A DNA stretch of 64,000 nt, taken from the NCBI GenBank assembly GCA_951406725.2, contig OX597817.1, positions 126,356,001-126,420,000 on the forward strand, read 5' to 3'. The DNA comes from Octopus vulgaris. Lineage: Eukaryota. Shown here piece by piece: positions 1-14,370 of this stretch. A model generated the notes under the pieces. The model ran no database searches. It was not told the DNA's origin and was given only the letters and a program-made list of their open reading frames with translations. Position numbers and translations under genes: made by a program. How positions within the stretch are numbered: position 1 is the first letter of the stretch; each line of letters opens with the position of its first letter.

Positions 1-423
1 GTAACCTGTTGAGCATGTCCCTTAGTGGCTGACGATATGTGCATCTCTCATCACGAGTAGAAGTAGTGGGGAAGCATCATAGCCATGTGTTGAGAGGGAT
101 TCTTTGAGGTTTGAATGATTCACCTCTGGAAACATGGGTATTTCATTCAGCATCCTTTAACAACCCTTAATCAGGGACCTTTTGAGTGGGATAGGTTACC
201 CAACCAGAAGAAAATTCTGGGCCCCACCCGCAAGGTCATGCGCTGTTTATCTTGTTATGAGATCACCATGTTGCGCACATATCGTTGTGATGCATGTACC
301 TGGTGTACACTTATCAGACGGGTAGTCATGATGGGTATACTGGGCTTCGAATATTTGTACCCCAATGTCACTTTGATGGCGTGCACTGCTCTCTCACTCA
401 ATAATAATAATAATAATAATAAT
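1..423 (+). mobile_element. 3' part of a SINE/non-LTR retroposon ending in an (AAT)n tail; 5' end lies outside the window
   Basis: GC-richer than flanks, ends ...GTGCACTGCTCTCTCACTC followed by (AAT)n at ~401-423. Family assignment is by resemblance only. Confidence 0.5.
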
Positions 424-432
424 TCATATTTG

Positions 433-493
433 CAGTAGTAATAGTAGTAGTATGACCAGTAAGAGTAACAGCAGCAGCAGCAGTAGCAGTAGC

Positions 494-552
<59 letters not shown>

Positions 553-1857
553 CAGCAGTAATAGTGGTATTTCTTTTTCGTGTTTTATGTTCCCGTCACA
601 GCTCTTTCCCACAGCTTAGAGACGCAACACTTTCTTCATCACATTTGCTGTCTCGCGTACTGCTGCCAACCGTGTACTGCCAATAAAATCTGTCATTTTC
701 CGCTTCACATACCATAACATTGCTCTCTTTCAGACAGTCTGAAGTGCACTGATCACATTAGGTTTCACATTCGGTTTTGTAGATCTGTCGATACGGTTCA
801 CTTCCAATGTCAGGTCTTGATACATTTCGGCTTTCTTGTACTGTCCTCTCGGTATTCTGGTTTGCAAGTAAACCTACGTTCAAGAAGAACCATCATTCGA
901 ACTCCTTCCGTGAGTGAGTGATATGCGGTCTGTTATGTCGTAGCTTCTTTTCCATCTGGATTGACCCCACAAGTTATTCACCTGAACATTCTCTGCTACT
1001 GGCAAATGTCGGTTCATATATATCACTTGTTGGGACAATATAACACATAGCTCCTGCACAACTCACAGGGGATGAGCAATGTCACTTTGTCATGGAATTT
1101 TTTTATTACGTTTGGACTTGCTTTGATTATCGACAACTTATATATCTACGGGACTCAGATAATTATTCACATAATATACGAAAATATGATACTGCTGTGA
1201 TATCAATGCGGCACTTGAATGAGTACGTTCATGAGTACGTTCATGACATGTATTTATTAGACGCAAGGATAAATCTCATTGTGACCATTTAAAAAATATA
1301 TCCACTTCCCAAACATGTCCGAGATTGCTCATCAGCTTCATTTGTTGAAAAATATCTCCGTTTAGCAATTTCAGTTTCCCGTTGATAAACTTTATGCATT
1401 TGTTTTTATGTTGTACTCGTAGAGGGTCTCATTATTGTCGCTACTCACCTTTTCATTCAGTGTGACTGGCAAATTTCTTTCATCGCTATCTCTAAGATAG
1501 CTGTGCAAGGATTTGTTTGTCTTGGTAAAACTAAACATTATTCCGCCCAGTCCTCTCCCAACGTCCTAGATTTCTAAAGCATAACTACCATACATCTCGT
1601 ATGAAGTCTCCCATGAATGACCATTATCATCCTAGTTTTCTTGTCCATGTGGAGTGGTTCCTTTTTAGTATATTCCGTAATAGACGTTCAATGAAGTTCC
1701 ACGCTTACAACACAAGTGTTGAATAAACTAACAACGTTTCTTCCATTCATCTTGAGTCTACGTAGTGTTTTCACTCTTCCAGTATAGTGAGAAGAAATAG
1801 TGTCCTTCATTTCCCTGCCTTTCATCTGCTCTAATTCTAAGATATCACGATACTTGT
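433..1857 (-). mobile_element. 5'-truncated, decayed R4/Dong-clade non-LTR retrotransposon (RT thumb + REL endonuclease) with (TAC)n tail
   Basis: Minus-strand translation across stops/frameshifts gives KYRDILELEQMKGREMKDTISSHYTGRVK..MDKKTRMIMVIHGRLH (~1590-1857) and KKLRHNRPHIT..MYQDLTLEV..NVISALQTV..ETANVMKKVLRL* (stop 616-618), matching R4/Dong HNRPDI..KYQDL..VIGALG..ILRKVL. Short 3' UTR then triplet tail 433-560. Confidence 0.8.
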
Positions 1858-1904
1858 TGATTCATTCGGTTGCACCTAAGGATGGTAATATTTTCTAGGC
1901 ACTA

Positions 1905-2012
1905 AGGCGCCGAGCTGGCAGAAACGTCAACACTCCGGGCGAAATGCTAAGCGGTATTTCGTCTGTCTTTACATTCTGAGTTCAAATTCCGCCGAGGTCG
2001 ACTTTTGGTTTC
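1905..2012 (+). mobile_element. tRNA-derived SINE, family A, 3'-truncated
   Basis: AAGGCGCCGAGCTGGCAGAAACG (A-box-like) ... GAGTTCAAATTCC (B-box) GCCGAGGTCGACTT; same head as the copies at 2968, 24965 and 56024. Confidence 0.85.
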
Positions 2013-2480
2013 AAAGCAAAGAACTCTGAAATGTCAGTTTCGACCTCCTCCTCGCTTACGAAAGTTATGTCCCCCAAATGATTGTGTATATTACGAAACA
2101 AATAGTGGTCTGAAGGGGCCAGTTCGGGACAATGAGGTGGATGAGGATTTTTTCCCAACCAAGCTCTTCGAACTTCTGTGAGGTGATCCTTGCAGTGTGG
2201 GGTTGCGCATTGTACTCAAGAAACATTATTCCTTTTCAATTCACTAAAGCGGATCTTTTATCTTCAAAGTTTGGTTCAAACGCTTTAATTGCTGACAGTC
2301 GACTTGAGCATTGATTGTTGCATGAGGTGGTAACAATTCAAAGTGAATTATTCCTTTGCAATCCCACCATGTAGAGAGAAGAACCTTTTTCCTATGACGT
2401 TCCCTTCTCGGTTGTGGTTGAGGTGTTTACTTTTTACCAAGCCACTGTTTAGGACGTTTAACATTTCGATAGAAGATCCG
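2013..2480 (-). mobile_element. mariner transposase pseudogene fragment (catalytic domain)
   Basis: Minus strand: FLEYNAQPHTARITSQKFEELGWE / PHPPHCPELAPSDHYLFRNIHNHLG..FVSEEEVETDISEFFA, matching mariner HDNARPH..ELGWE..HPPYSPDLAPSDYHLF. Confidence 0.85.
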
Positions 2481-2804
2481 TGTCTCTAATTGTGGTATTG
2501 TTTATAATTCTTTACGTTGTGAGAATGGCTCAATTGAAAGAAACTATTCTAATTATGGCCTAAAGGCTGAAACGTACGGAGGAGAGAAAAGCACTTGTTA
2601 TGTTATCCATTGTAAGCTAGGTGCCTGGGGATGAGGGGGTTATATGGTGATTCTGTTGTAGCGTTTGTATAATTGAGGTATTCTTTATTATTTTCCCGTT
2701 AACTTTTAATGTTTATTCGTTTTTAAATAAATCCCGAGATCCCTTAATTCTGTACTGCCCTAATTAAATTTGCGGCCTTTGTTGCCAATTAGGAAAGTAT
2801 TGTT

Positions 2805-3190
2805 AGTAAGTTAAAATTCCGCCGAAGTCATCTTTGCCTTTTATCCTTACGCGGTTCATGATATAAGTACATGTTGAGCACTGCGGTCGATGATCCCTTG
2901 ATCGGAAATTGCTGGCCTTGTGCCAAAATTTGAAATAACCAACATCATTATTATTATCATTATAATTAAGGCGGCGAGTTGGCAGAATCGTTTGCACGCC
3001 GGGCAAAATGCTTAGCATCATTTCATCTCTCCTTATGTTCTGAGTTGAAATTCTACCGAGGTCGACTTTGTCTTTTATCCTTTCGGGATCCATTAAATAA
3101 TTAGCAGTTCCGCCGTGGGCTCGATGGAATCCACTGGTGAACCAAAATTTCTGTTCTTGTGCTTATAGTAGAATGGATTATTACCATTGT
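2805..3190 (+). mobile_element. two adjacent family-A SINE copies (partial 2805-2940; 2968-3190)
   Basis: AATTCCGCCGAAGTCATCTTTGCCTTTTATCCT and AAGGCGGCGAGTTGGCAGAATCG..GAGGTCGACTTTGTCTTTTATCCTTTCGGGATC; central part resembles the Meta-SINE domain. Confidence 0.8.
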
Positions 3191-3549
3191 TGTTGTTGCT
3201 GGTGTGGTGGTTGCTGCTACTGTTACTGTTATTGTCATTGATATTGTTGTTATCATTATTATAATAGGTAGTAGGAGCAGTAGTAATTTTACTATCATTA
3301 TTATTACTAATATTATCATCAATATTTTTATTGTTGTTAGTAGCGCTGATGGTGGTGACGGCATCGGCAGCGGCGGTGGTGGTGGTGGTGGTGGTGGAGG
3401 CGTCGGTAGTAGTAGTAGATGTTCTCATGATTCTTACAAAGTTGCAAATGGACATTTCAAGAGACAGAGAAAAAGAAGTAAGAATTGAAAGGGTTTCATG
3501 TGGGATTAACAATATATGCATACAAATATATAGATATATATGTATATAT

Positions 3550-3608
<59 letters not shown>

Positions 3609-6600
3609 TATGCTTGTAGAAAGCTGTGTTGATAGATGCTGAAGAATCTTTATCAAATTTATGGGCCAGCAACTGAATCAGAATTCTAATGCTATCCAGC
3701 CTTACCTATGCAGAAGTTGTCTTTATGACCAGTGTGAATGCCAGATTAATAATCTTCATAAGAGACAAGGGCAAAGATTTAATGTATAATATATTACTTG
3801 CTTCATCTGCTTGGAAGAACGTTGCAAAAGATCAATAGAATTTAGTTGGGTAATAATTGCCAAAATCCAATTGATCTTCACTGCTACGAAGAAATTAACA
3901 TTGAATACAGATGCTGAATGTAAATTATTATTATTGCTAGTAAGTATTCTATCCCATGTGAATATTAATATTTGAGAAGTGGTTATCAGAAATGTTTAGC
4001 ATCTTTATCAAATATATATGAATGGGATTCTTTATATTTATGATGATGTACAAATGGAGCCTAAAAATTTGGTGAAAGCAAAGAAAAAGCGTTCACTGAA
4101 GGAACACGCTTATTGAATACTAAGTCATTGAATACTAAGTCATTGAATGAATAGCAAAAATAATCAATTTATTTTGAGGAAATACTCAATCCTTTTAGAG
4201 TGAAATTGGAATGCGTATTGAAATTCTGTGGTATAGAATTTTGATAAAATTTTAACCTTTCAGTAAAATGAAATAATGTTGATACATTTTTGAATTGGAT
4301 ATGAATATTTTGCATACGAGGCGGTTTTCCTGCTTTCAGCAGATTACGCACAATCATTATAGAATTTCAGCAAATTTTAATTCTGTTCATTCATAAAAAG
4401 TTAAAATCCTTAAAAATTAAGTTGATTTCCAAATACTATTAATAATATATCTTCCAATTGATTAAAATTACCTATTTTACGTTGGAAATTGTTTCTCAAA
4501 TGTAGTTACTCAATGAATATTACACACCCGCATCTCCTTCATAATTCTTTTATCATTTTTGCTTTCACTTATTATCAGACAGTGTAAAACAATTTGCAAT
4601 AATGCATCCTAACATAAAATGCCACACTCATAGAAATAGACACGCATTTCTAACGAAATATAAGGATAAAATAGTTACACAAACACGTACAGACCCACAC
4701 ATACACTTATATTTCTACATGATTATATGCACTTCAAGTTAAAAAGATACGTGTGTACGTACGCGTCTCCGTGTTTTTTCAATTGTTTTGATGAATGTGG
4801 GTTTTCAGACATACCGAAACATATTCTCATGCATGTACATATGTAGTTGTGAATATACATAGACATATAAGTGGTAGAACACATACATACACACACGCAC
4901 GCGCACACACCCACACGCACACCCACACACAGAATAGCACATTTATGGCAGATAGACGTACATGGATTTGTGCATAATAGTGTAGATGAAATTCCCAAAC
5001 TACAACAATGTTCGGCAACTAAACACAGGTTATCAACACAACAATGTTGATTATGAAATCAACATGGTTGTGTTGTTTATAACACCGTAGACTGTGGTGG
5101 ATTTCTCGAAAAATCACTTCTTGTAAACGACAAATGGTGAAAACCATCGAAATTCTATTAGTAGTTGACGAAATTCCGTCAATACACTGGAACATGGCAC
5201 TAGAGTATCACATCATGAAATGTTTATATATAGATATATCAATGTCTATGTACATATATGTGTGTATGTATGTGTGTATTTTCGATATTTAACTGCCTAT
5301 TCACCCCATCAGACACTGTTAGAGAAAATATATTTCCACATACCGTGCTGTATGAAATTCGTCGAGGAGCTAAGCAAGCAAAATTGGCTTATTAAGCAAA
5401 CACCTATAACAGTTTTAGAATATAGTGAAATTTACATGAATAATACAATGTGGGAGGTTTTACCCATTAGAGAAGGTATATAGCACATATGCGAGTAATC
5501 CTATATAATTATCTGTGGTGTTTGATGATTATCTTTCTGGTATTCACTCAACTGAACAGATGTCTCCTTAAATTAACATGAAAGTAATTGGACACTGTAT
5601 AGCTACATTTTCCCGTATTAGCCGGTTCAGCTTTTGTAGTTATATGAAAGGGTGCAACATTATATTAGATATAAAATTCTTCTTGTGGAATTTGTCAATA
5701 CATCAATTGAACAAATCATTTTTAGTTTACATGAGTTTAATCCTTATCAAACAATGAAACTTGCCGTTGTGCTGCGCAATGTTTACGAAAGCATGATTTC
5801 ATGAATGTAAACCATAATTACTAAGAATGCATCCGTGTCTGCATGATATATAATATAAAAATTAGAGTCAAAGTGAGATATTGAATCAATACAATACCAG
5901 TATAAAGATATGAGGGAATGGGTACCGTCAACGCTCTACCTATTTAGAACAATATCAATGGCCTCGATCCTCAGTAGTATTTCTGTGTGTGGGCGCGGGT
6001 GCGTGTGTGCGTGTAATTACAGTTACAATATATAGATTCAATTAATCCGGTGGTACCCCCCAAAATAAGATTCTTGAGGTATCATTCAGCAAAACATATA
6101 CAATATTTAATGTTGTTTAAATTAATGCAGACATGTATAAGCAATTAAACGGCCATTTTACGAAACACTTTGAAAATAAGGAGATGAACGTGTGAGAAAT
6201 GCCAACTAAAAAAAATCCCTACCTGTGTATCTAATATCTAATATGACATACAATACAGTGTAATCCCAAGTAGCCTTAGTAAAAACGGAGAACGATTAAT
6301 GATATTATTGTTTAAGAGTTTCAGAAGCTGCAGAATTTCTCGCTTCACAATGATTTCAAATTTCATGTTACTATACAAATACAATAATACTTAGTAATAG
6401 AATTTTCCAAGTGAAGTCGAAGACGAAGAAAGGAATAAATAATTTATAGAACATTGTCTTAAAAAGGAAGAATATTTATTTAGATTTGTTGTACCATCTA
6501 AATGTGAATCGTCATAGGGATTTGAGAAGGGGGATAAAATATTAAAAAGAAAACTTTTGTACTTTCTCGCCCAATAAGCTATGTGTAAACTTTTCACTAC

Positions 6601-7559
6601 TAGGACATACAGTGAATATCATGAACAATGATATATATAGAAAGAACACACTGTTTTAGACAGGATTAAATTGCTTGTCGGTAATTCGCGTGTATAATCT
6701 CAAATTATTTTTCGGCAATCAAATTTAGGCTGCATCTCCCAGACTTAGCAGTTATTATTACCAGGTTTTTAATGCTAAATATATCTACTCTGGAAAAGTA
6801 TGCTTGTATGACATACTGTAGTTAGTTGAAACTTAAAGCTCATGCTAAAACGAAGATCCGCGCTTTTGATTTCCATGTATTTACAGATAAGTATCTCCAA
6901 CAAATATATATATATTGTTATATATGGGGGTGGTCATTTTGCTTTCAGCCAAATAACCACACGCACTATATACTCATTTTTCACTTCAGATTTATTATTA
7001 ATTAGTATCATTTGTCCGAAATATTTCGTCGTACATCCTGTGAACTTCCCACGTGTCTCCCCTGTTCTGGTTACTCTATCTGTATATAAATAAAACTTTA
7101 TCTAAATAAATAAAACTTTGTCTAACAGAAAGGGAAGAGGCATTCATTTGTATATAAATAGAAATTTATCTAAATAAATAAAATTTTATCTAACAGAAAA
7201 GAAGGAGACACGTGGAATGGAAGGACGGTAAAGAGCTTAATGTTAATTCAAATGAGTGTGCCTAGATTTCCATAGCTCGTGAAACTACCGCAATTCCTTA
7301 AAGCCGAGTGTTCGATATTGAGAGCCTCAATGAAATCTAAGGCAGATTGTCCTTCTCATGATTCACTCTACCCTCAATGTTTCTCGTGCCTTTCGTTGTT
7401 TAATGACGCAAAGTGATTTATAGATAGTTACCATGCTACTGAATTATTCAATGATGATAGGTGTGTATTTGTATGCGAATAGAAATATATATATATCTAT
7501 ATAAATATATGTATACTTATGTTTACACACACACAAATACACACACATATGTGTGTGTG

Positions 7560-8135
7560 TGTATTCCCACCTCAATCCTCAAACCACCCGAATCCACGCC
7601 TCACACCATCCCAATCCACGTCACACAACACCACAACACACCACTCCGAACGCACTAGCACTGACCACTTCCTTGCACCCACTCCACACACAATCATCAG
7701 CAAACCCACACACTATCATCTACACACTCGCAAACAATCTGCAATAGTATCACGACATACCACTATATGAGCAGCTACACGTTACAGACGCACACACACA
7801 CGCAAATATCCACACACGTCAAAGTCACTAGCCCCTATCCACACACACACACATTCTCACATATACACACGCATACACACGCCTTCGTTTTAGGATCATC
7901 AATACTTTATTATATCTCCTTCTTTCAACCTTTTCTTACAATTCATTTTCTAATAAGTTGTGTTGTTTGACTGCTAAATCCTCACGTTTTTTTACTATCT
8001 GTTTATTTTGTCTTATTCTTTTCTTTTGAAGAGCGTCTGCTCGAAACGTAAGTGACTATTTTACTTTTCTGAGCGTCAAATTAATACACCTGCTTATTGT
8101 TCATACACCTGCCTTCGTTTTTCTTTTCTGTGCGT
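7560..8135 (+). mobile_element. PLE-type terminal region: CA-rich tract and decayed hammerhead-like motif
   Basis: TTGAAGAGCGTCTGCTCGAAACGTA at ~8026-8050 (GAGC/GCTC stem followed by GAAACGT), similar to the motif at 34091-34117; the CUGANGA core is not intact. Confidence 0.4.
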
Positions 8136-8615
8136 TGCGTTCTGTTACTTAAATGCAAAAAATATATTGTAAATACACAAAGGACGAAATGAAAAGCGTA
8201 TAACGTATATTGAGTTGCCGGACAGACGGAAAACAGAAACAGAAGGTCCCTAATTATTCTTCAATTATCAACCAGATGGTATTACTCAGTTTTCCACCAT
8301 TAATAATAAGACTGAGGGGCTTCGCATGCGGGTGTCTCTCGCAAGCGATCGAACGAGCGACAAAATATGGATAACAAGCGCAGTAGAATGGACATGCGAA
8401 TGTGAATAAATGCAATTTAAGACGATTGACGAAGGACAAGATGAAATAAATGAGAAAGGAGCAAAATATAGCCTCAGGCTGGGAAACGCTTAGACGGCCA
8501 TCTTAAAGAATAAGAAAAACAACAAATAGCAAAACGTGACAGTAGGACACAGAGAAATGAGGAACGTCGTGGTCCTAAATATATGTGCGTATGTATACAC
8601 ACACACGTATATAAT

Positions 8616-9280
8616 AGTGGTACAACAAGCACCAGTATTTACTGGAAATTGCAGTCGATAAAACACAACGCTATAGTAAAGATTCACTGTATATATATAC
8701 TGACAAAGATGCTTGCAGGCGGAGAACATAAACAAATTTCATCTTACCTGTAGGACGAACATTAGATAAATGTACAACCCAGATATGGGTAATCTAGGAC
8801 TTAGGTTTTGAAGTATCCAAAATACGTTTGTTAACGTAAATTTGATTAGTTCTCCTCAGCTATAGTCCCCAGACAAAAATCTGAAGTTCATTGCATCAGT
8901 ACCAGTATACTGGCCTTAACGCCTAAGCCGTTGGCAGAACGGAGAACAGAGAAAAAGTTTTAAAAGAAAAAAAATATAAATAGTATAAATCAATATTATT
9001 GCTATCCAGTAAAACAAAGCACCATAAAAATCAAAGTGTAAATATACAAAAGTGGTACAACAATGCTCCAATATTTACTGGAAATAGCAGTCGATAATAT
9101 ACAACGTTCCAGGAAGGCTTCATTTTATATATAGTGTCAAAGATGTTTGGAGACGGCGAACATTTATCTAATGTAGGAAGAACATTAGATAAATGTACAA
9201 CCCAGATGTGGATATCTAGGACCTAGGTTTCGAAATCTCTAAAATATATTTGTTAACGTACATTTTACAAGTTCCCAGAA
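8616..9280 (-). repeat. old ~420-435-bp tandem dimer, each unit with a decayed type I hammerhead (retrozyme-like)
   Basis: 8616-8845 repeats at 9051-9270. Minus strand, copy 1: TAG-CTGAGGA-long stem II-AAAAC-CTAA-GTC-CTA. Copy 2: intact GAAACCTAGGTC (9220-9231) but 5' core lost. Confidence 0.65.
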
Positions 9281-11515
9281 AGATTTATAAATAGGCATGT
9301 GTGTATGTACACACGCACGCACAAAGGCATTACACTGAAATCTTACATCGACTGAAATGAAGTCTCCTCATAGGATTGTTGTGGCAAAATCATGGTTTAT
9401 TAATATTACAGGTAACCAACCTAACGTCGAGATTTCTCCTTTTTCTCGTGGCTTGTTAAATCCATCCACTCGATTGTAATACGCAGAAGCCGTCATTGAT
9501 TTTCGTAAGTTACTGTGGTGACGATACTTTACTCGCTCCGACGTATATTTTGGCTTTAACACAAATCTCTCTGAAGAAATTTTATTTCTCTCACTTCCAT
9601 AGATTCATACCTGATGAAAGTGTAGATTTCTATTATTTGAGACAATTATTTATTGCAGGCTGCATCAAAACAATTCAAATATAATATCATTGATATCACA
9701 ACAGATAGTAGTCACAGTGCAAAAGTTAGTTGTCTTCTCGCTTTTATAATGTTTAAGGAGGTAGATTTAAGTATGAAGTAAGAAACACAGCTTAATTTAT
9801 TGAATCAATAAGTTAATTCTTCGTATCCTGTTTTAGAAACTTCCATATCTATTATGAAACGGCTCTCTACATTATGTGCTATAAATTCTTTTCACAGTAT
9901 TTCTTCATTCGTGTTATATAGAAAGATACATGTAAGTTTTCTTAGATCACGTAAACAAGATTTTTTTAAAAAACCTAATATAAAAGGCAACATGGAAATG
10001 AATAAAAAACAGAAAAACGAGACTAAATTAATGGTAGAGGAAGATTTATTATTTTGATGGTTTTTACATTTAAATTTTCTCTCATAAAATTTCACATTAG
10101 TATGTCTAAACTAAAAAATATCAATAACATTTTTGATATTTCTTTGCTTATTTGTTTTGTCTGTGAATTTATATTTACATTCGTATGCATACAGTTGCTC
10201 TTTAATTTGTACCTAGTTATTGCAAAAGATTAGAAATTAATATAGAAAGAAAAACAAAGGAAATAAACGTCACGATGCACAAAAATAAAATATTTCTAAA
10301 AAGTCCTATTAATATTCATATTCCGTGGATTTATTTTCTCTGATAAACATTTTTTCTATCTCTTTCTGTCTTTCTCCATCACTCTCCCACACTCTGGGCT
10401 GTTTTTCAGTTTTGAGCTTCAATTTGAAATAACAAAAGAACACAGAATTCATTGTTGCAGATTTATTGTTTCTGAAAAGATTTCTTGATATTGCCGTGAC
10501 AATATTTCATCATCTGTCAAATAAAGAATATTACAAATAACAGGATTGCGTGACTTATGTGAATTCTTTGAACATGGTTTTAATGTCAGAATAATTTTAA
10601 ATGAATTTCTCCACTATACATTTTTTTTTTGTTTTCATGTCAGTGTTCTTCCCCTTTTTAAAATCTCTGTTGTGCTTATTATTATGTAAAAGGTTTTGTG
10701 TTTAATGGTAGGATATTTAAATACCTCAGAAAGAACGACACTACCAACAACATTGTTCGCAACTGCAAAAATCATATCTTGACACCTTAAACTGAGATTA
10801 ACTATGTATATTCCACAGAATAATTTCACAAGAGACATGTTAAAAGAATTCCTGGCATACTGAATGAGAATGTCAATCCATATTAATTTCGGAAAAAATC
10901 GCATATAGAATATTTAAGATTAAGATCATGAAACTGAATTTTTTTGTGAAACTTAACGGAATAGATTACTATTGAACATGTGTGATGAACATCATTAGTA
11001 TTTTACAAATGCTTTTTGTAATATTGTATGTGTGTTGTAGAATACTGTAGGTATCTATAATTTTATGGTTATTAAATCTGGTTCACTTTAAATAAGAAAA
11101 TAACACCATATAACACCAAATGATAAAATGCCATATACATGGCTGAAATGTAAGACAGATATATTTAATATAAAGAAAGATATAGCTTATATACAGAGAC
11201 ATTATATTGAGAGAGTCACATAACAGAACTACAAAATCGAAAAATATATTAGTAGTGAAGTTGGAATGGAAGCCTTTTTAATGGCTTCTGGGTATATGTG
11301 TGAATGACATTTAATGGATGATTTCATTTGGAACAATTTTTTTCGCGATACGCTCTTATCCCTGTGTGGTAAATTGGGATTTCGAATATCTTTCCTGAAA
11401 ATAGATACTAAATGTCTTCATTCATATCAACTGCATCCTCTTGCCGTTCATGAGAGGGTTGTACATTTTGATGAAGGGTAAAATAAATGAGGAAATTACA
11501 TCTATTTATGTCCTC

Positions 11516-11850
<335 letters not shown>

Positions 11851-12039
11851 TTATAATCGTCGCCATCTTTAAGATGTAAAAGTCTGATGAAGTGTCACTT
11901 AAATGCTTAAAACCACAAATGTTACGTAAGTTTTCACTTCGAGTATAAGCGTAAACTGACGTAGCAAGCAGAGTTGGTGCAGAAACAATTGTAACGAATA
12001 ATTAATAATGTATTTAAGGCTTTTTTTGTCTTAGTTTTG

Positions 12040-12079
<40 letters not shown>

Positions 12080-12182
12080 GTATGCATGCATGGAAATATG
12101 TGCGTGCGTATGTAAATATATTTACATATATGTATATATTTATATATGTATGTAAATATACATATTGATACACACACACACG

Positions 12183-12224
<42 letters not shown>

Positions 12225-12839
12225 TATATATACGCATGTATATATATATACACACGTATATATGCATACATGCATACATATATATATGTGTGTTTCAGTG
12301 TATGTGTGTATGTGTGTATATGTGTGTGTATATGCATATATACTAGAACACGAAAAAGAAATGCAATCAATATATTCACCTTAACTTCCTTTTACATTAA
12401 GACTACTTTTTCTTCACAGAGACTCCCATCGACATATCTGTTGTAGAATTTGCATCAGGTCCAAAACATTTTTGTAAGGAGACTCTGGTAATGTTATTTG
12501 ATTTCCAATTTACACCAGTAACAATTTTCTTTAACAACAATAATTTATCTGTATTTTCTAATGGAATAAAAAAAACGTGTTCTGGATTAGTTGATCACGG
12601 GTACAGTAATTTTACGATAGCTTATCTCGATCACATATGCGTTGGGAGTAAACGTCCCCATTCACAAAATATCAGCTCTACTAACAAGAAACAACAACGT
12701 GGACTTCTTTAACAAGCATATTTCCCATAGAAAATGTACACAATATTTAAACTTACTTGTCATTTTATCAGCAAGCGTAAATCACTGCTAAGGTTTGCAT
12801 GAGTATTAAACTCCAAGAACCTTATATATATATATATAT

Positions 12840-12948
12840 TTCTTTCCTATATATATATTTTTCCTTCTTTCCTGAGCGTCCAATAACACTATACTTGTTC
12901 CACGTCCTCGCGTTGTTTTGTTTTCTCTTTGTGTTACTATGTTTGGAT

Positions 12949-12953
<5 letters not shown>
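12840..12953 (+). mobile_element. 3' tip of a PLE-type terminal repeat joined to (TA)n
   Basis: CCTGAGCGTCCAATAACACTATACTTGTTCCACGTCCTCGCGTTGTT..GTTTGGATTAAC(TA)n; reverse complement of 33990-34070. Confidence 0.7.
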
Positions 12954-13016
<63 letters not shown>

Positions 13017-13780
13017 CATATCATAAACCAGCGCAAAAATGGCCACTGTTTCCTTTCTATGACGCATGTTTCACTTCCGTGAGATGCGTTGTTGAAATCG
13101 CTTTAGAAAACTAGTTAAAAATTTCACACCATTAAGGTGATTCTTCATTTCCGTCAACTTTAAAGAGCCTTAATGGAAAGTAATTTTGTTAACAAAATCA
13201 ACAAGAATAGTACCGTTATGAACGCGAGCAATAAAAATTATCTCTTTATTTTCTAGAATGTCCAGAATCGGTGAAGCCTTTGATTATCAATGATTTCTGT
13301 GCAAGAATAAGATTAAAATTTGCGGCACTCCATGGCCCTTAGCTTTCATTATAAATGCATTGGTGGATAATAGAAATAGTGGTAGTACAATATTGGGCGA
13401 AAATGTGTTCAAATTACTTTTGATCATAGGTCTGCTGATGGCCGCACACGAACTACCAATATTATCAGGAACTTCAAACGTTTAATCTGCGAAACATGTT
13501 TCACATTTAAATCATTGAATGTTTCAAAACATCTTATGCTGTAAGAAAGGGGAATTTTATGGTACTCTAAGTCAAGTAAAACATATAAAGTATTAATGCT
13601 TTAACATGATGATGGTATGCATAAAACTGTTGGATTGGATGAGTGTATATGTATATGTATGTAAATCCATTTCCGCAGATTTCTGCAGGTGAGCATGCAT
13701 ACACATGTATGGATGAATTTATGTATATATGTATATATGCATGTATCTATCTATCTCTCTCTATCACTATCTCTATCTCT

Positions 13781-13826
<46 letters not shown>

Positions 13827-13904
13827 ATATATATATATATATATACACACACACAAATAATTGGCAACCGAATGTGGGGTATATACGGGACAGTGCTATT
13901 GGTG

Positions 13905-13992
13905 TTTATAGCCCCAGGAAAGCATCTCTTCCAGTTGGCTAACGACACACATTCTGTGCCCGAGTAGTATTTGCGAGGGGAGGTTATACCTA
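13905..13992 (-). mobile_element. diverged fragment of the same family as the 22872-23384 HHR element
   Basis: TAGCCCCAGGAAAGCATCTCTTCCAGTTGGCT..TATTTGCGAGGGGAGGTTAT aligns by eye with 22982-23060; microsatellite on both sides. Confidence 0.7.
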
Positions 13993-14047
13993 TATATGTG
14001 TGTGTGTATATATATACATTTGTATACATACATATATAAATATATAT

Positions 14048-14080
<33 letters not shown>

Positions 14081-14111
14081 GCATATGTATATAATGTTTG
14101 TGTGTAGCTTT

Positions 14112-14370
14112 ATCATCATCATCATTATCACTATCAGCAGCAGCGGATAAACTGGTGGGAAACATTAAACCCTAGTCTCATTGCGTATGGTTTCTACAGT
14201 ACAGGTGGATGCCCTTCCAATCGCTGAATGCCCATACGAGGCACTGAACGGGCACTGTTACGAGGCGCTGCTCGGACGCTTTTGTGTGACGCCGCACAGG
14301 GCTTTGTACGTGTAACTGCACAGGCGATTTTACGTGGCACTGCAAGGATGTTTTTATGTGCCAACGCCGT
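14112..14370 (-). mobile_element. decayed family-C SINE with internal ~24-bp repeats and (ATG)n tail
   Basis: (CAT)n at 14112-14130, GGATGCCCTTCC motif at ~14207, five to six degenerate TACGnGGCACTG units; related to 34451-34797. Confidence 0.55.

Noticed and set aside
3640-4110. Possible PLE GIY-YIG remnant
   Set aside because: Only scattered residues in different frames; not supportable by eye.
13055-13150. Hammerhead-like GAAACATGCGTC on the minus strand, and isolated CTGATGA at ~9611 and ~11884
   Set aside because: The required helices cannot be formed; such short motifs are expected by chance.
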